Origin: Camelus dromedarius
Taxonomy: Eukaryota
DNA: 64,000 nt
Reading direction: 5' to 3'
Assembly: GCF_036321535.1 (NCBI RefSeq)
Contig: NC_087437.1
Coordinates: forward strand, 58,468,001-58,532,000
A model generated the notes under the pieces. It saw only the letters and a list, made by a program, of their open reading frames with translations. It made no database searches and was not told the origin of the DNA. Position numbers and translations under genes: made by a program. Shown here in pieces: positions 41,201-56,200 of this stretch. Positions within the stretch are counted from its first letter, which is position 1, and each line of letters opens with the position of its first letter.

Positions 41201-44200
41201 ATTTAAAGACTCCATAGTATTTGCAAATTGGGGTATTAGCGACTTTTGCCTGCGCACTGGGAGGGTCAGATTTCAGTGGGTTGAATTGCTAATACAAGGT
41301 GGTGAATGAGTTGTGAAAGTAACCATGGCCTCTTCTGAGAAAAAAACTCATTAAAGCCCTCCACCGGTCTTTGCAGAATGGACAGAAAAAAAGTCAGGGA
41401 TATATTCCAGTATACTAGGGCCACATTCATTAGGAAAATGGTAGTTGGCACTGTAAAAGTCCCAGAACTAAGAGATTTTTATGAAATCTATGGATTCCTT
41501 AGAGAAAGGAACCTGACCTGTCATACCTTTTTTCTTGAAAGTTCACATAGGAGAGAGCTATGTGTTCTTGTCTCCATTTCGTGCCTTCTTGGTCTGCCAG
41601 GAGAAGTGGATTTGATTTGGACTTTAATGGGAACCAGAGTACATCAGTATGTATTTACAGCCTCCAATTCCATCTCTGAAAGAGGCTTTATGATTCTTTA
41701 TCTTACAGAATGGTTGGCACAACATCTTTTCATAAATGCATCTGTAAGTGAGAACTCAAAGCTCCGTGACCTTGAGAAGTCACTTTTTTCTGAACCTCAG
41801 TTTCTATATCTATGAGATATGACGTCCCTCCCAGCTCCAGCCTGCTATTTAAAAATGAAATACAGTCAGTCCAAAATAGCCAGTGTGTATTTTGAAAGTA
41901 GCAGATTTGCCAAATCCTGCATCATGAACTTTTCAACATTTTCAAACCAAGCTAAGAAGAGCTTGGACTTGACCGAGGGGATTTCAGGATGTCCTTAATG
42001 GTTGTCAAACCCTCTGAGTTTATCTGAAGATGTATTTCATGTAAAAATACTAAACATAAAAGTCACAGATGATTCTGAAACATCTAATGACCTCTAAAAT
42101 CTTTAAAGGTAAAATGACAGAATCGTAATAACCCTTTGTTCAAGAAAGAAATGCTAAACAATCAAAAAGTATGACAGTATCAAGCCTGGCACACAGAAAA
42201 CAGCTTTAATTTGAACTCTTGGATCCATCCGGTGCAGAGCTGTTAGTAAGATTTGTGGGGATAGGAAGGCCCCCAGGCAACCCCATGCTTTGCTATTATC
42301 ATTAAGGAAAACCTGGGAGAGCTAGCAGAGGCTGTAAGCCAGGAGATAGGACCATACCTGTCAGCATGCCTTCATCTACCACACAGCTGCCATCAATCAA
42401 AACGGCATCACATGGCATTTGTACTTTGTTCCCTGTCAAAATTAATAGATCTCCAGGTACCAGGAAGCGTGATTCCAGTTCCTGGACTCCAGCTGAAAGT
42501 ATGAGGAAACAGAGTCAAGTCAGGTTTTTCTCCACACAAACACAGTCCAATGTCTACCTAAATTGGAAATCAATGAAAAAGCAACCAGGGTATATAGAAA
42601 AAGGAGGGTATTCCTCAACATTGATTCAAAATCTGCAAACAATAAGAATAAAAAAGATAATATATTATATTACTACATAAAATAAAAACCTTTGGGTGGC
42701 AAAAAAAAACCAAAGGATAAAACTAATAACAGATTCAGAAAACACATTTGAAACCTACATTATAAACAAAAGATTAATATTCCTAACAAAGTGTTCTGAA
42801 AAAAGGCATATAGCAAATGACAGTATAGCAAAATTGCTGGAATGTCAACATACAGTTCACATGCGCGCACACATTACAAATAGCATGTTGCTAAACATTT
42901 GAAAAGATGTTCATTCTTACTCATAGTAAGAAAATTGAAAAATCTGTCTTTCCTGCCTTCCTTCCTTCTTTCTGGCCTTTCTTTACTTCTTACCATCCTT
43001 ATCCAGTCCCAAAGCCCCAAAGCTATAAGGGGTTAACCCAAATAGACATCTATGCAGGGGGCTAAGTGGGGAGGGGAGGGTGGCAGCCCCCTCCACGTGT
43101 TGGAGACTAAGAACAATGGACGGGTGTTTACATGGCCTAGTACGGAGTGTCAGAGTCTGAGGAGGGAGACAAGGGCCCCCACAGTGTCAGTGGCCTGGTG
43201 TGAGATGCTGGAGTCCAAACAGGATGAAGAAGGTGTCTGCATGGGAAAGCAGCAGCAGTGATGGGTGATGGGTTACATGCTGGTAGGCTGACACAGTAAG
43301 TGGATATAACGAGGCTAATGAAGACCAGGTTTCTCACTGAAGAGGGGAAGTTACATATACAAGCAGATATAAAACCAGAATGAACTCTGTGGTGTTGGAC
43401 TAGAATTGGAGACAACAACGTAAACTAGTTGTTTTCAATAGACAGGGAATTAATATAAATGTGACTGTGTATGTATACAAGAATATACGCAAATATAACA
43501 TATTTGCTTGTCTTTTTTAATATGCATATTCTCTAATTCGGTTCCTGAGAGGGCCTTGGAACAGTGAAAACCCAATAATACTGTGCACATCCAGTGCCCA
43601 AATTTTGGTTTCTAAATTTCATTTCCCTCCAAAAAAAACCAGGGCTCTTAAAAAAAAAAAAAAAAAGGCTGATTACAACACGGGGCCAAGAAAAGTACAG
43701 TATAAACTAAAGCATCCTGCTATGCCACTAAATAGGGCAGTGCTCAAAGAGTGACGGGGACAGATCAGAAAGATATCAAAGCCAGCCTAAAGGACTCTCA
43801 CTGCCTCAGTCTGTAACAATTTGAACATCAAAGTTAATAATGATAATAATGAATGATAACCCATCAAATAAAATAGGCATTCATTAGTCCATAATGACAT
43901 GAGTAAATGAATAAGTAAATGAGGAGAAAAGATAGCTTTTCCTTACAGTAAATTGGCCATTAATTAGTGTAGAAGAAAAGAAAATTAGAAAATCACCATT
44001 TGGCAATTATCAAAGCAATAACTAATCTAGCTAAGAAACATCAATAGATACTAAAAACTAGTGGATGAAAATTTGATGAGCATGGTTTATTTATATAGTC
44101 TCAAGGTATCTCTCAGCAAAATAAAAATTAATTAGAAAGAAAAAAAAGTAAATTTACAATAGAGAAACCTGGCAGACACCATTTAACTAAGTAATCCAAG

Positions 44201-47200
44201 TTATTATCACCAGTAATAGGACAAATTTAAATTATATGATACCTGAGAGGAAACAGTGAGAACATGACATCACTTTTGTAATATTCCAGCCCAAAATGCA
44301 TAAACCAAATTTAACTATAAGGGAATATCAGACAAATCCAAACTGAGGGACATTCTACAAAATAATTAAGAGTTGAAAGAGTCAAGGTCATGAAAGTCGA
44401 GGAAAGATTAAAGAAGATTAAGGAGACATGGCAAACAACAGTATTGTATAATCTTGGATCCTTTCTTATTAAGACCATCACTGAGACAATCAGAAAAATT
44501 GGAATAGGTCTGAGCATTTGTTGGTACTAATACCAATATTAACTTCCTGATATTAATGTTTTCACTGTTGTTTATTTAGAAGAACGCCCTTGTCTTTAAG
44601 AAATATACACTAAAGCATGTGGGGGTCATTGAGCCTCATGTCAAAAACTTATTCTCAAATGGTTCAAGGAAAAAGTTATTTGATTTATTCTTGTGACTTT
44701 TCTATAAGTTGTGAATTATTTCCTTAAAAAAAGAAGGAAAAAAAAGTGAAATATACATGAGATAGCATCACTCATCTATCTAATTAGAAAAATCTGTAAG
44801 TCTGTCAGCATATTCTGTTGGCAATACTGTGAGGAAACATCCACTTTCACACTTTTCTGGTCCAAATGAAAACTGGTACAATGTCTATGGAAAAAAATTT
44901 GGCAACATCTATCAAAATTGCATATACATTTATTATTTAACTCGGCAATTTTACTTCTCAAAATCTATACCAAAGATAGATTGGGCAAAAATATGAAAAG
45001 ACATATGCACAAGGTTTTTTATTACAGCATTATTTATAACAGTAAAAGGCTGGAAAAAAATCTTTCAATAGAGAGTTGATTGAAAAAAATTATGGTTCCT
45101 CCACACAAGAGAGTATTATGCAGCTGAAATAATCAATGAAGACTATATATACTGCTCTGAAAGGGCCCCTGGGAGACATCATTAAGTATGTAAAGAATAC
45201 ACTCCAGGAAATATAAGTTAAATGTATGTAACATACCCCTGGTATTTAAAAAGCAGCTGTATAAATATATATCTTATTCTCTATATTATCACTATGAATG
45301 TTACATATCATTGTATTTTTGAATGCAAAAAAAATTAAAAGACAAAAATGATTACTATTGACAGTATGAGTACATAGGTACTGAGAGGAGAAATAGGAAG
45401 TAGATTCTGAATGTCTTTTATGGATTTAACTTTCAAATCATGTAGATATTTTATATAATATCTATTCAAGCTAATATAAAAATAAATTTGAAAAGCTGGC
45501 ACTAAAAATCTAAAGCAAAATGAACGAGGTGAACCTATCAAGTCATTGGAATAACCATACAGAGAAAAGTTTTTTTGAGTCACTCTAAAACATACATTTT
45601 TAAAGTGTAATTTGTATCTTCCTAATGTTGTTTCACAAAAAGGAGAAAAAAGGAACTCTAAAAAAGTCTTAAACTGTTTTTAGGAATCATATTGTTGCAG
45701 GTGTGTTGGTTTGTTACTCAGAGATTATTGTGTATAATGGGATAAAGCAGATGAGTAATTTGTTGCTGTCATTGAAAATCAGGTCTTTGGGTGTAGAGAA
45801 AGGAGAAACAGAAGTATAATCAACAAAGTTAAGTGAAAAAAAAAAAACCTATAGTTCCAAACTTAAACTGGAAATATCAGTATAAACTCTTAATTTATGT
45901 TATCTTTAAAATATTATTTCCAAGGTATGTTTTCTGAAAAGGCCTGGAAACAATGACTAACTCCATAGAAATGAGCACTCCTAACACTCTGATTGAGGTT
46001 TCTAAATACCATACCTAAGAGGTCTTTGGGAAAATGGATGTGTCCAGGTTTGGAGCAGGAATTATCCAAGATAAATTTAAATCTTATCATATCAGAAAGC
46101 AATAAAAGTTTCAGACTACTGGGATCATGTCAAATGAATTCAGGAGTCAACCTGAAAAGACTCTAAATGACCAAAGATGGGCAATTTCAATGATAATAAG
46201 AATAAAAACTTCAATGGATGATAATATATTAACCATGTTGACATTATTCATCCATAATGACACTTAAAATTTTTTTAAAGCCTTTGGAAAATGTTAGAAG
46301 ATCAACCTAGTATTTTGAAAGCTGATAAATAAAGAGAAATAGTCATATATTTATCCTGCCTTTCTTAAACAAACTGGATCTCAGGGTAATGAAATAGTTC
46401 AAGAAGAGTATCTCTCTTTACAGAAATATTCCATGTAATATATGAAGATGACATATATTTTAAACTCCTAAAGAAATAATAAATCTAGGTCATGAAAAAA
46501 ACTCAAGTTTCTCATCCCTTTAAGTAAATACGCAGAAAAAAAATGCGTATGAGGATGAGAGTAGTAGAACAACCAGAAATACAAATCAAGTCCTTTTCTG
46601 ACTTCTTATGTACATCTAAAATAATGTGACTTACCTTTTCTCCCAAATACAGAGACTGTAATGCTATTATGTGATTCAACTAAACGGTGGAGCTTTACGG
46701 ATTGCTGGAAAAGAAGAACAGAGAATAGAAAAAGGCTTTTCTATTTGAGGATAGGTCCCAGATACTATTCAGTGAAGTGCTAGCCTTCTTTAAAGATGGA
46801 GCCAACTGAATGTACTGTCTAAAGATAAGATTGAGTAGCCTGCTACTCAACTGAAAAAGCATCTAGTGCATGATGCTCTTCACCCAGTGATAAGAGGTAT
46901 GTGTTCTTTAGTAGAAAGGAACTTCCCAGCATGCTCTGCCCACTCAAAAGAACTTTGATCATTCAAGATATATATTTATACCTAAATAGCTTCAAGAGCT
47001 AAACATTATTTCAGCTTCAGGTTACCCCACATCAGAGTTCCTAACCTATAACTTAATAAAGGGTTCAGTGGTTCCTGTTATTTCTGTGTAGTATTTGTTG
47101 TTTTAATATATGAAATACATGGGACATTAAGAGTGAATTAATAAGAAGAAACAAAAATAATAATAAAATTATACTTTATTTCACATTATTAAGAAACTAT

Positions 47201-50200
47201 TGTGTGAAAGACCTTTCATATGGTGCTGGGGATTAAAAGTCTCAATCATTTAGTGTTTTCATTTATTTATTATGATTTTCCCATAAGACACTCCCCAAAT
47301 TTCCTAGCTTCAAATCATTTACAAATCTGATTAATATGTTCTAAGAATGATTAGTAGAATAATACAAGGTGAAAGGGTGTTTTGCTATAACTTAACTCTT
47401 TTATTCATTTAGGCATTCACTCAACATTTATTGAACAAACTTTATGGGCCAGGGACCCATAAAGGGGTAGAATGGTCAACCAAACCGATATGGTTCTTAC
47501 CATCAAGGAATTTACAACTTACTGGGAGAAATACATTTAATCAAATAATCACATTCATGAATGCATCATTACAATTGCAATAAAAAGAAAAAATAAGGTG
47601 ATTTTGGAGCATATATAGCTAACGGAACCAATAGAAATCTTCACTGAAGAAGTGACCTGAATCAAATTTAGATTGTTGGATCTATGAGTCTTAAACTCAA
47701 AAGAGGTATTTGGACTTGAGATATATAAATCTGAAAGTCATTAGCATGTGCCGTTAGAATTCACTAGCATATACAGTACAAGAATAATGAAGATTCAAGG
47801 TACTCATATGAAAAGACCAATCAAGATATTAATTATAATAATAATAACAAAGCTATGCAGAAAGTAATGTAACTGTGCTACCTCTTACATAAGAAAGAAA
47901 AACTAAATATATGTATTTGTATTTGCTTGATTTGCCTAAAAATTTTTTTTGAAGAATGCTCTAGAAACTAATAAAAATGTTTACAGAAATGGAGGGGCCA
48001 GGGAAGAGGGAGACTTTACGTGATATACATTTTCATATTGTTTTGATTTTGAGACACTAGCTTAAAAAAAAAAAAAAAGGCCAGGTAGAGGAGGATGAGC
48101 TATAAAAAGAGGAATTAGAGAACTGGAGAGGTGTTGTTACTGAAGTCAAAGGGAAAGAGTGCTTCCATAGCAGTTAATGGTCGCAACTGCAACGGGGATG
48201 TTTAGTGAAATCTACACTGTGAAAAAAAGTATCCTTTGTAGGAAGGGAATCATAAAATCAGTAAGCAAAAGGCCAATAGCCTAATAAAAATTAATGAAGG
48301 ACACGAATACAGTTCACAGTAAAAGAAATACAGATAGCTTAACACACGAGCAAGAGCTCAACTTATAGTGGGAAACATGCTGTCAAGGTTATGAAATTCT
48401 ATTTTCACTTATATTGGCAAAAATAAGGAAAGCAAACACTCATCTACTCTTGGGAGAAGTGTATATTGGTATTACTTGTTTAAGAGGCATTTTGACAATG
48501 CCTACTAAAATAATACATCTAACTTATGATTAAGTAATTTCAAGTAGAGATAATTTATATCTTTTTATCAATACAGATATATATATGTGTATATGTATTT
48601 GTTATGTACGCATTTACATGTAATGTAAATTATATATACTTGTGATGTGTGAAAAGATACATATGCAAAACTCCTCACTGCAGCATTGTTTTAATAGAAA
48701 AGACTAGAAACAACTTAAATATCCATCAGTATAAGACTGGTTTAAAGATTATGGTACATCTAGAGAAAATATATTTGTGCAGATATGGAAAGAGATTTAA
48801 GATGTATTCGGTGAAAAATGCAAATGCGTAATAGTGTATATAGCGTACTTCCATTTGTGTAAAACAATTTAATGCATGTGTGTTTAATAGTGCTGAAAGT
48901 ATATAGAACATCTGGTCCAGTGGATATCTCTTAAGAGGGGACCTGGACACTGAGAGAACTAGGGTGAGAAGAATATTTACTTTTCAGTTACACTGTTTTG
49001 TTCTGTTTGAACTTTTTAAAAAAAACTATGTCCATATAGTACACCTTCTATTAAGGAAGAAAACTAGCTAGTTAAAAAGAGAATTTTTAAAAAAAAATTT
49101 TGAAACCATCTATGGGCCTTAGGATTATAGTGGTCACCTTAGCAAGAGTTGTTTGAACGGAGTCATGGGAGAGGAAGCCATCTTAGTACAGATGAGAAAT
49201 GGAGAGATGAGTAAATGAAGAGAGAGTGCGTAAAGAGCTAGCTCAAGAAATTTTGCTGTAAAAGGGAGAAAACAGGTAGAGTAGTACCTGTTAGAAGTAC
49301 CTTCAGTACCTGAAGTTAGAAGCATGGTCAAGAGAAGGGATTTTTTTCCCGCTCCTGGGCATATATCCAGAAGGAACCCTACTTCAAAAAGACACCTGCA
49401 CCCCAATGTTCATAGCAGCACTATTTACAATAGCCAAGACATGGAAATAGCCTAAATGTCCATCAGCAGATGACTGGATAAAGAAGATGTGGTATGTTTA
49501 TACAATGGAATACTATTCATCCATAAAAACAACAACATAATGCCATTTGCAGCAACATGGATGTCCCTGCAGAATGTCATTCTAAGTGAAGTAAGCCAGA
49601 AAGAGAAAGAAGAATACCATATGAGACCGCTCATATGTGGAATCCAAAAAAATAAAATAAACATAAATACAAAACAGAAACAGACTCATAGACATAGAAT
49701 ACAAACTTGTGGTTGCCAAGGGGGCAGGGGGTGGGCAGGGACAGACTGGGATTTCAAAATTTGTAGATACTGACAGGCATATGCAGAATAGATAAACAAG
49801 ACTATACTGTATAGCACAGGGAAATATATACAAGATCTTGTGGTAGCTTACAGCAAAAAAAAAAATGTGTATGTTCATGTATAACTGAAAAATTGTGCTC
49901 TACACTGGAATTTGACACAACATTGTAAAATGACTATAACTCAATAATATAACGTTAAAAAAAAGAGAGAAGGGATTTTTTTTTCATTTGTTCGTGGGTT
50001 TTTTTTTTTTTAAGTGGGGAGAAGCTTGAGCATGTTTAATTGCTAATGGGAAGGCTCTTGGGAGAAGGGTGGAGAAGGGGTCATTCACTGACCACATTAG
50101 CATGCTGAGAAGGTGGGAGAGGAGGCTATGGAAAGCACAAGCAGAGGGCATTTCCTCCTCCGTAATGAGAGATCCAGGCAGGAGGGAGGTGGAGACAAGA

Positions 50201-53200
50201 GTCCCTGGCAGTTGGAGAGTGAGCAGTTGAGCAAATTCCTGTCTTATGGCTTCTATCTTAGTGAAAAAGTGAGATTATCAGTTGAATTAGACCAAAAGTG
50301 GCATATGGGTAGTTAGGCATCTCAGAAAACTGAAGGAAGATTTGGTTTGAAATCTTAATTTCAGAGAAAGAGAGAGTATGTTGACCAGAGATGTATAGAA
50401 AGTTTGCCCAGGTGAGGTTGGTATTCATGGATTTACAGTGTACTCAACCAACCTGTTTTGTGTGATTTTCCCTCTACAGCACCTAGATCCCCTGATGTAG
50501 GCATAAAGAAAGCCAAGAGTTGGATTAGGATTTTGACAAATGAATACCAACCAAACCAAAAGGGCAAAGATAATAAACACTCCTTATTTATTAAAGATTC
50601 ATCCACCTCCACCCTTCTATCATCTTCAAGATCCATCAGGATTCTCTATATATAATTTTTTCATTTATTCACATTTCATAAATATTTGCATATTCTTCTT
50701 GATAATCAGCCTGAATAATCTAAAGAGAGGGGAAAAAATAACTTGAAAGGTTAGGGATTGGGATGTGAGGGAAGGGAAAGAACTAACACTTGAGCATTGG
50801 CTATTACGCTAGACATTTACAAACTCAGTCTCATTTGTTAGGGAGTGGGCAATCACTATTTCCTGATTATACTCCTCTCTAACAAAATTTCAGCCAAGTC
50901 ATAACTCTTCCTTTCTGAGACCACAGGATTGGTGGAAAAACTCACCTCTCTGAGATCATACACTGTCAAAGCTATGGAAATGATGGACATGATTATGATG
51001 GCAAAAGCATACTCCTTATAGTCTTCACTAAACCACAAACAGACACTGAAGAGTTGAAATATGTAAAATGGATTTAAAACCTGTTGGCAGACATAAAAAC
51101 AGGAAGACAAGGGAGATATTTAGGCTTCACACTTAGCTATTCATTGAGTTGCTTGTTGTCGTAATCATCTCCATGACACAAATCATCCCACACAAAATTC
51201 TTTTTTTTTTTTAATGGAGGGACTGGGGATTGAACCTAGGACCTCATGCATGCTAGGTACACACTCCACCACTGAGCTATACCCACCTGCCCCCACACAA
51301 TATTCTTATTCTTATTATATTTATGCAATTGCCATGTGTCAGACACTGCACTAAGCAACTTTACCTGAATTTACTCCTTTGATTCCCATAATTATCTTAT
51401 TAACTAGAAAGATGTAAAGATGTAAAGATGAGGAAACTGAGCCTTAGATCTTGAGAATCTTGCCCAAGATCACACAGCAGCAATTGTCACAGACCAGGAC
51501 TTGAACCCAGGCAATTACTTTTAATCATCGCTGCACCTTATAATTTACAAAGTACTATCTTGTGTATCCTCATGTTGACCATCACCACAGTTGGGTAAGG
51601 AGTAGTTATTATCATGTCCAATTTACATTTACTGGCCTTTAGATGGGAGAAGTCATAGGTCAAGTTTACAAAGTTAAAACGCTTTCTAGTCTGTTGTTCT
51701 TCTCCATGACACCACATCTGAAGCCATTAAGGCATTTTAGGTTAATGTATGCATTGAAGACTAAATTTTCTCATCAGTAGAGAGCCAAGCTGAAGGTGGT
51801 AATCTGTATAAGCACCTGGAACACTATGGAGAAAGCAGAGATTAACTCCAACAGTTGTAATCTTGCTTTGGTTAAAAACATTTTGTGCCCTTACTCAAAT
51901 TCCCTCTAGTTGATTTCCATCTGTCTAAACCAGGAACAGTAATCCTTGCCGCTGGTTAGGGAACAAGCACACAGAGACTTTCCTTATCAGTTTATTCTGC
52001 TTTCTTTCATGCCTTTAAGCTTGCTAAAAAATTTTAAGAAAGTAACTTGAGTTTAGTAAGCATTTTTGAAGGCAAGGAGGAGTGGAATTAAAGTGTAGGA
52101 GAGGACCCAGAGTACAGCTGTCTGGTTATAGTGTCATAACAACCGCCATAAAATGAAAAATAAGCCCAGTGTTAGAGTCAAAGAGAAAAAAAATTCAGCT
52201 TGGTAAATAAGGGCCAAATCTTTCTTTCCATCCCCACACATTGAGATCAATAGAACTAAGGCTGAACAGGTGTTTTCTTCTTACAATTCTGGATGCTGAG
52301 GAAATTGTATCTGTTGCCCATGAGAAAGGGATTGAGGTGTTTAAGTTTTATTACTTTAGTTTCACAAAGTTGAGACAGGGGATTAAAAGTATAGGATTAA
52401 AAAAGGAAATAAAGAAAAGAAACTTTGTGCTCATCCAGTCTTTAAAGGATGGGCAGACACATAAGCATCAAATCTTACACTGTTAACAGGCAATGTGTGT
52501 ACAAAATGGACTCCAAAAAAGAGTAGAGATATGAATACACTTTACATTCTTTTTAAATATCCTAAATTACAGTTACTATTAACAAGTATCATTCTTGGTC
52601 GCTTGACTAGAACCAAACTTCTTTATCTTCTAACCAGCACCAAAATACTGATTACCTCTTTGATGAGCAGTTTCCAAATTGGTGTGATTTCAACATCGAT
52701 GGTGTTTGGTCCACATATTAACCTCCTGTGGAAAGAGATCACACATCACTTCGTTACTAATAATAAAAATGAAATATATTTCTCACCCATTCAAAAAAAG
52801 ATCTATTCCATGTTCACTTCCTCACTTGTGGGGCCAACATAAGCCTCCTTTGTTATATTCCATCCCTTCCTCTCTCAAAATAACTTGGAAGAGGGTTAGT
52901 TTCCAGGTATAAAAACAATAAGCATGATCGTACTGCATTTGTTGAATTAGACTCTTTCTGAGGTCTAACTATTTCCCTGATGGTAGTTTGGGTGTTTAAT
53001 TTTAGCCATGGTTCCATTCAAGTGGTTTCAGGATTGGCACTCTCTCCACTCTGTCTCTCCCCAACTCTGGCTCCATGGATGTGGAATGGAAGATTCATTA
53101 CAAAAGAACAGTTTCACTGACAAGGGATACTGTACCTACTTCCCTACTCCTATTCAGTTCTGGGAAGCTGCAGAATTGGTTTTACTGTGAACGAAAAGGT

Positions 53201-56200
53201 GTTGGGCTCTCAAAAATAGCTCCACATGGAGTTCTACGGTCCTTTAATTGAAAACTCAGAGACACAGAGTAGAAAGGGAACCAAACCTAGAGTCAGAGTG
53301 TGAGACGCAATCCTTCCTCTGTCACTTCATCTGTGAGACCTTGTTTAGGCCATTAAACCTCTCTGAGTCTCAGACTTCTCATCTGTTACGTTGAGATGAG
53401 CATGTCTATTCTAACTACCCACCAAGGTTGCTTTGATGAAGTGAAATAATTGGATAATACTAAACAGAGCATTCCAATGTATTCTGGTATTGACCAGTTA
53501 AGATAACTGTTTACTGGTCTGTCTACCTGGCTAACTGGTATTGGCCCTTTGGATCTGGTGTAGATAACAAGAAACAAGGTACCTAATCTCTTGTTCTTCG
53601 GTTGTTAAACCTGATCCAAATTTTAGATGTATCTTGGCAGAACTGAGCCAGTCTTCCAAAGAGCTAAAATAATAACAATGAAAAAGACATAATTAGCAAT
53701 AATATTTTTGAGATAACGTTTTTCTTTTTGAATGCGATTGCTCAAACAACTTACCCAATTTTCTGGAACTGTCCTTCTAAGTTGTTCCAAACATATCTTA
53801 TTTTCTGCACTTTTATACATCTCACCTACAAAAGAAAAGTACCAAAAAGTCTCTAGTCTGAGGATCAGTGGCTACACAGGAGTTCATGGCCAAAGAAGCA
53901 CTTGTGGAAGAAGCCTGGGGTGTGTTTGTTGTCTTGGCTCATCCTGGAGCCTCGAGTTTCTTGCCTTATACCTTCCTCCCCTTTCCAACATTCTCTGCAA
54001 TTTTGCAAATAGAGCTGGACTGTAATCACAGCTACTGTTTATTGAATATTTGTGGGGTTGACTTTTTCATTACTCCATGGTAGGAAAGATATTATCTTCA
54101 TCTTTCCTTTCCCCTTAAGTTCATTTTGATTAAGTAACTTGCCCAAAAGGACACCTATTAAGAAAAAGGGCTGGAAATTGAATTCAAGGCCATCTGGCCC
54201 CAAAGTCTAGTGTCTCAAGGATCTAATAGTTAAACTGGTCTCAGAGGAAGGTCTGAGATTCCCATAACTTCCACTATTTAAGTTGTACTGAGTGAGAGTT
54301 GCCTAGTTCATTAATTCTCTAAGTTCAAAACTCTAAGTTAGAAACAATGTGAAGGCCAAAGACGGTAGGTGATTGTGAGACCGCTGCTCAATTAGAGAAC
54401 CTAACAATAGGCCATGGAACCATGAGCTGTGATTGGCAAATTTATGACATAATAGACACAAAATGGCAGATGGAGGCAGTGATGGTAAAGAATAAAGAGG
54501 TGACTTATAAGTTTCACCTCAGACCACAAAATGGAAAATCTCATTATCTCCTGACAATTCCTGAGGCTATTCGTCACAGAGTGAGAAGAGTGACTCCATC
54601 ATAGACCTCTTAAATACCTTTGCGATTCCCCTAGCAGGAAACATCTCTGCCTGGACTATCTCTGCTCCCTTCATCAACTTCCTAGGCTCTGGAAGCTGGT
54701 AAGAGGCTGTTAAGCATCATATTTGCAAGGGGTGGAGTTTATTTGTCCATTTTCTGGAACTTCAGACCAGGAAACAGCAATTAAGAAATCAGGGATCAGC
54801 TGTGGGACGATTTCCATCTTTCTGCTCAGAACCAGGAATTATTTCCATCCCCAGGCTTCCCACTCTCCACTGCTTGTTGGAACAAGTTGTAAGAGAATCC
54901 TGTTTAACAAGTTAAGCACTGGGTTTTGGTTTTGTATGTGATCCTACAAAATGGCCCTTGGAGTCTCCTCTTAGTCTATGTTTGCTACAGTCTCCAAACT
55001 CCCCCTACGTGGCCCTGAACGGTTACCATTTTGGTTTTGTGTTATTACTGTTATTGTCATCATTGTTGCCACAGCTGAGCCTGTGACACATCTTCCAATT
55101 TTAATAAAAGTTTCAGTCCTTTATATGAATACATCTCATGACCGCTCACCAATCACCTGAGTGTCGATCTTCTCATTTTAGGTTCACAACAGTCCTGAGA
55201 AGCAGGCAGAGAAAGTGTTACTACTCTTATTTTATCAATAAGAAACTCAAGGCTCGGGGAGGCAGTAACCAACCAAGCTCCCTGTGCTATATGCTGGTAA
55301 ACGAAGCTTTCAAGCCTGTGGGCCAGGACTTTCCATTTCACAACCTCTGCCCCTTCCTCATATTTCGTTTGTTTTAATATTCTTCTTTTGTTTGTCCACC
55401 TGTTTGTTTATGCAGTTAAAGATGCTGGAGGTCAGCAATACTCTGAGGCCAGGCCCATAAGGCTGATTTGGGATGCCTGCTTCTCCAGGTGAACGGCCAC
55501 CTAACAGATTAAGCAATCTGTTAGTTGGAGGCTCTTGACCACGTTTTGTTTGTTTCCTTTGCAAGTTAAGACAACTAGGTAATAACAATTGACAGTAGAG
55601 AAGCTGCTGAGAAATTGACTTTGGTTATTTAAAAAAAACTGACCTTGAGCTCATAAAACCAGCTTAAACAACTGTCTACACATATATAAATTTAAGAGAA
55701 AGCAGTCTGTGTTATAAAATGTTTTAAATATGAATGTTAGCTAGTCATAACCCAAGTTGTATTCATTTAATATGATGAGAAGGGAGTAACCCAAATACAT
55801 CTGAATGACAGAATACAAAATAAGGTCATTTGGCAGACATAGCAAACTCCCTAGATACTCCTGGGTGATAAACCCTGTTACATAGATTACAACACAATGT
55901 ATGATGCTACTAAGAGCTAGTATGCACTGAGCATCTACTAGGTACCTCCCACCACATTGATCTTTGTATCTCTTAGTTTTTATTGAATTTCATCAATTAA
56001 TATTAGAGGTAGGTATTACCATCTTTTTATACATGAGAAAACTGAGGCTCGGCCGAGTTGAGCGGTTGATCCAAGGTTGCACATTTTAGAAGGATGAAGC
56101 TGAGATTTGAATTGAGCTTTGTCTGGCTCCAAAATCTGTGTTCTTTATAATGTTCTACATTGTCAATGAAAGATTGGCACAGTGGAGGATCTGAATTTAA

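Noticed and set aside
41378..41815. 145-aa plus-strand ORF as a nested antisense gene
   Set aside because: No recognisable domain; it starts next to L2 sequence and ends in a MIR core (SEPQFL); this length is plausible by chance in 64 kb.
43530..46260. Local segmental duplication between about 43530-43870 and 45920-46260
   Set aside because: The similarity is low and is better explained as two old L1MC-type 3' UTR copies.
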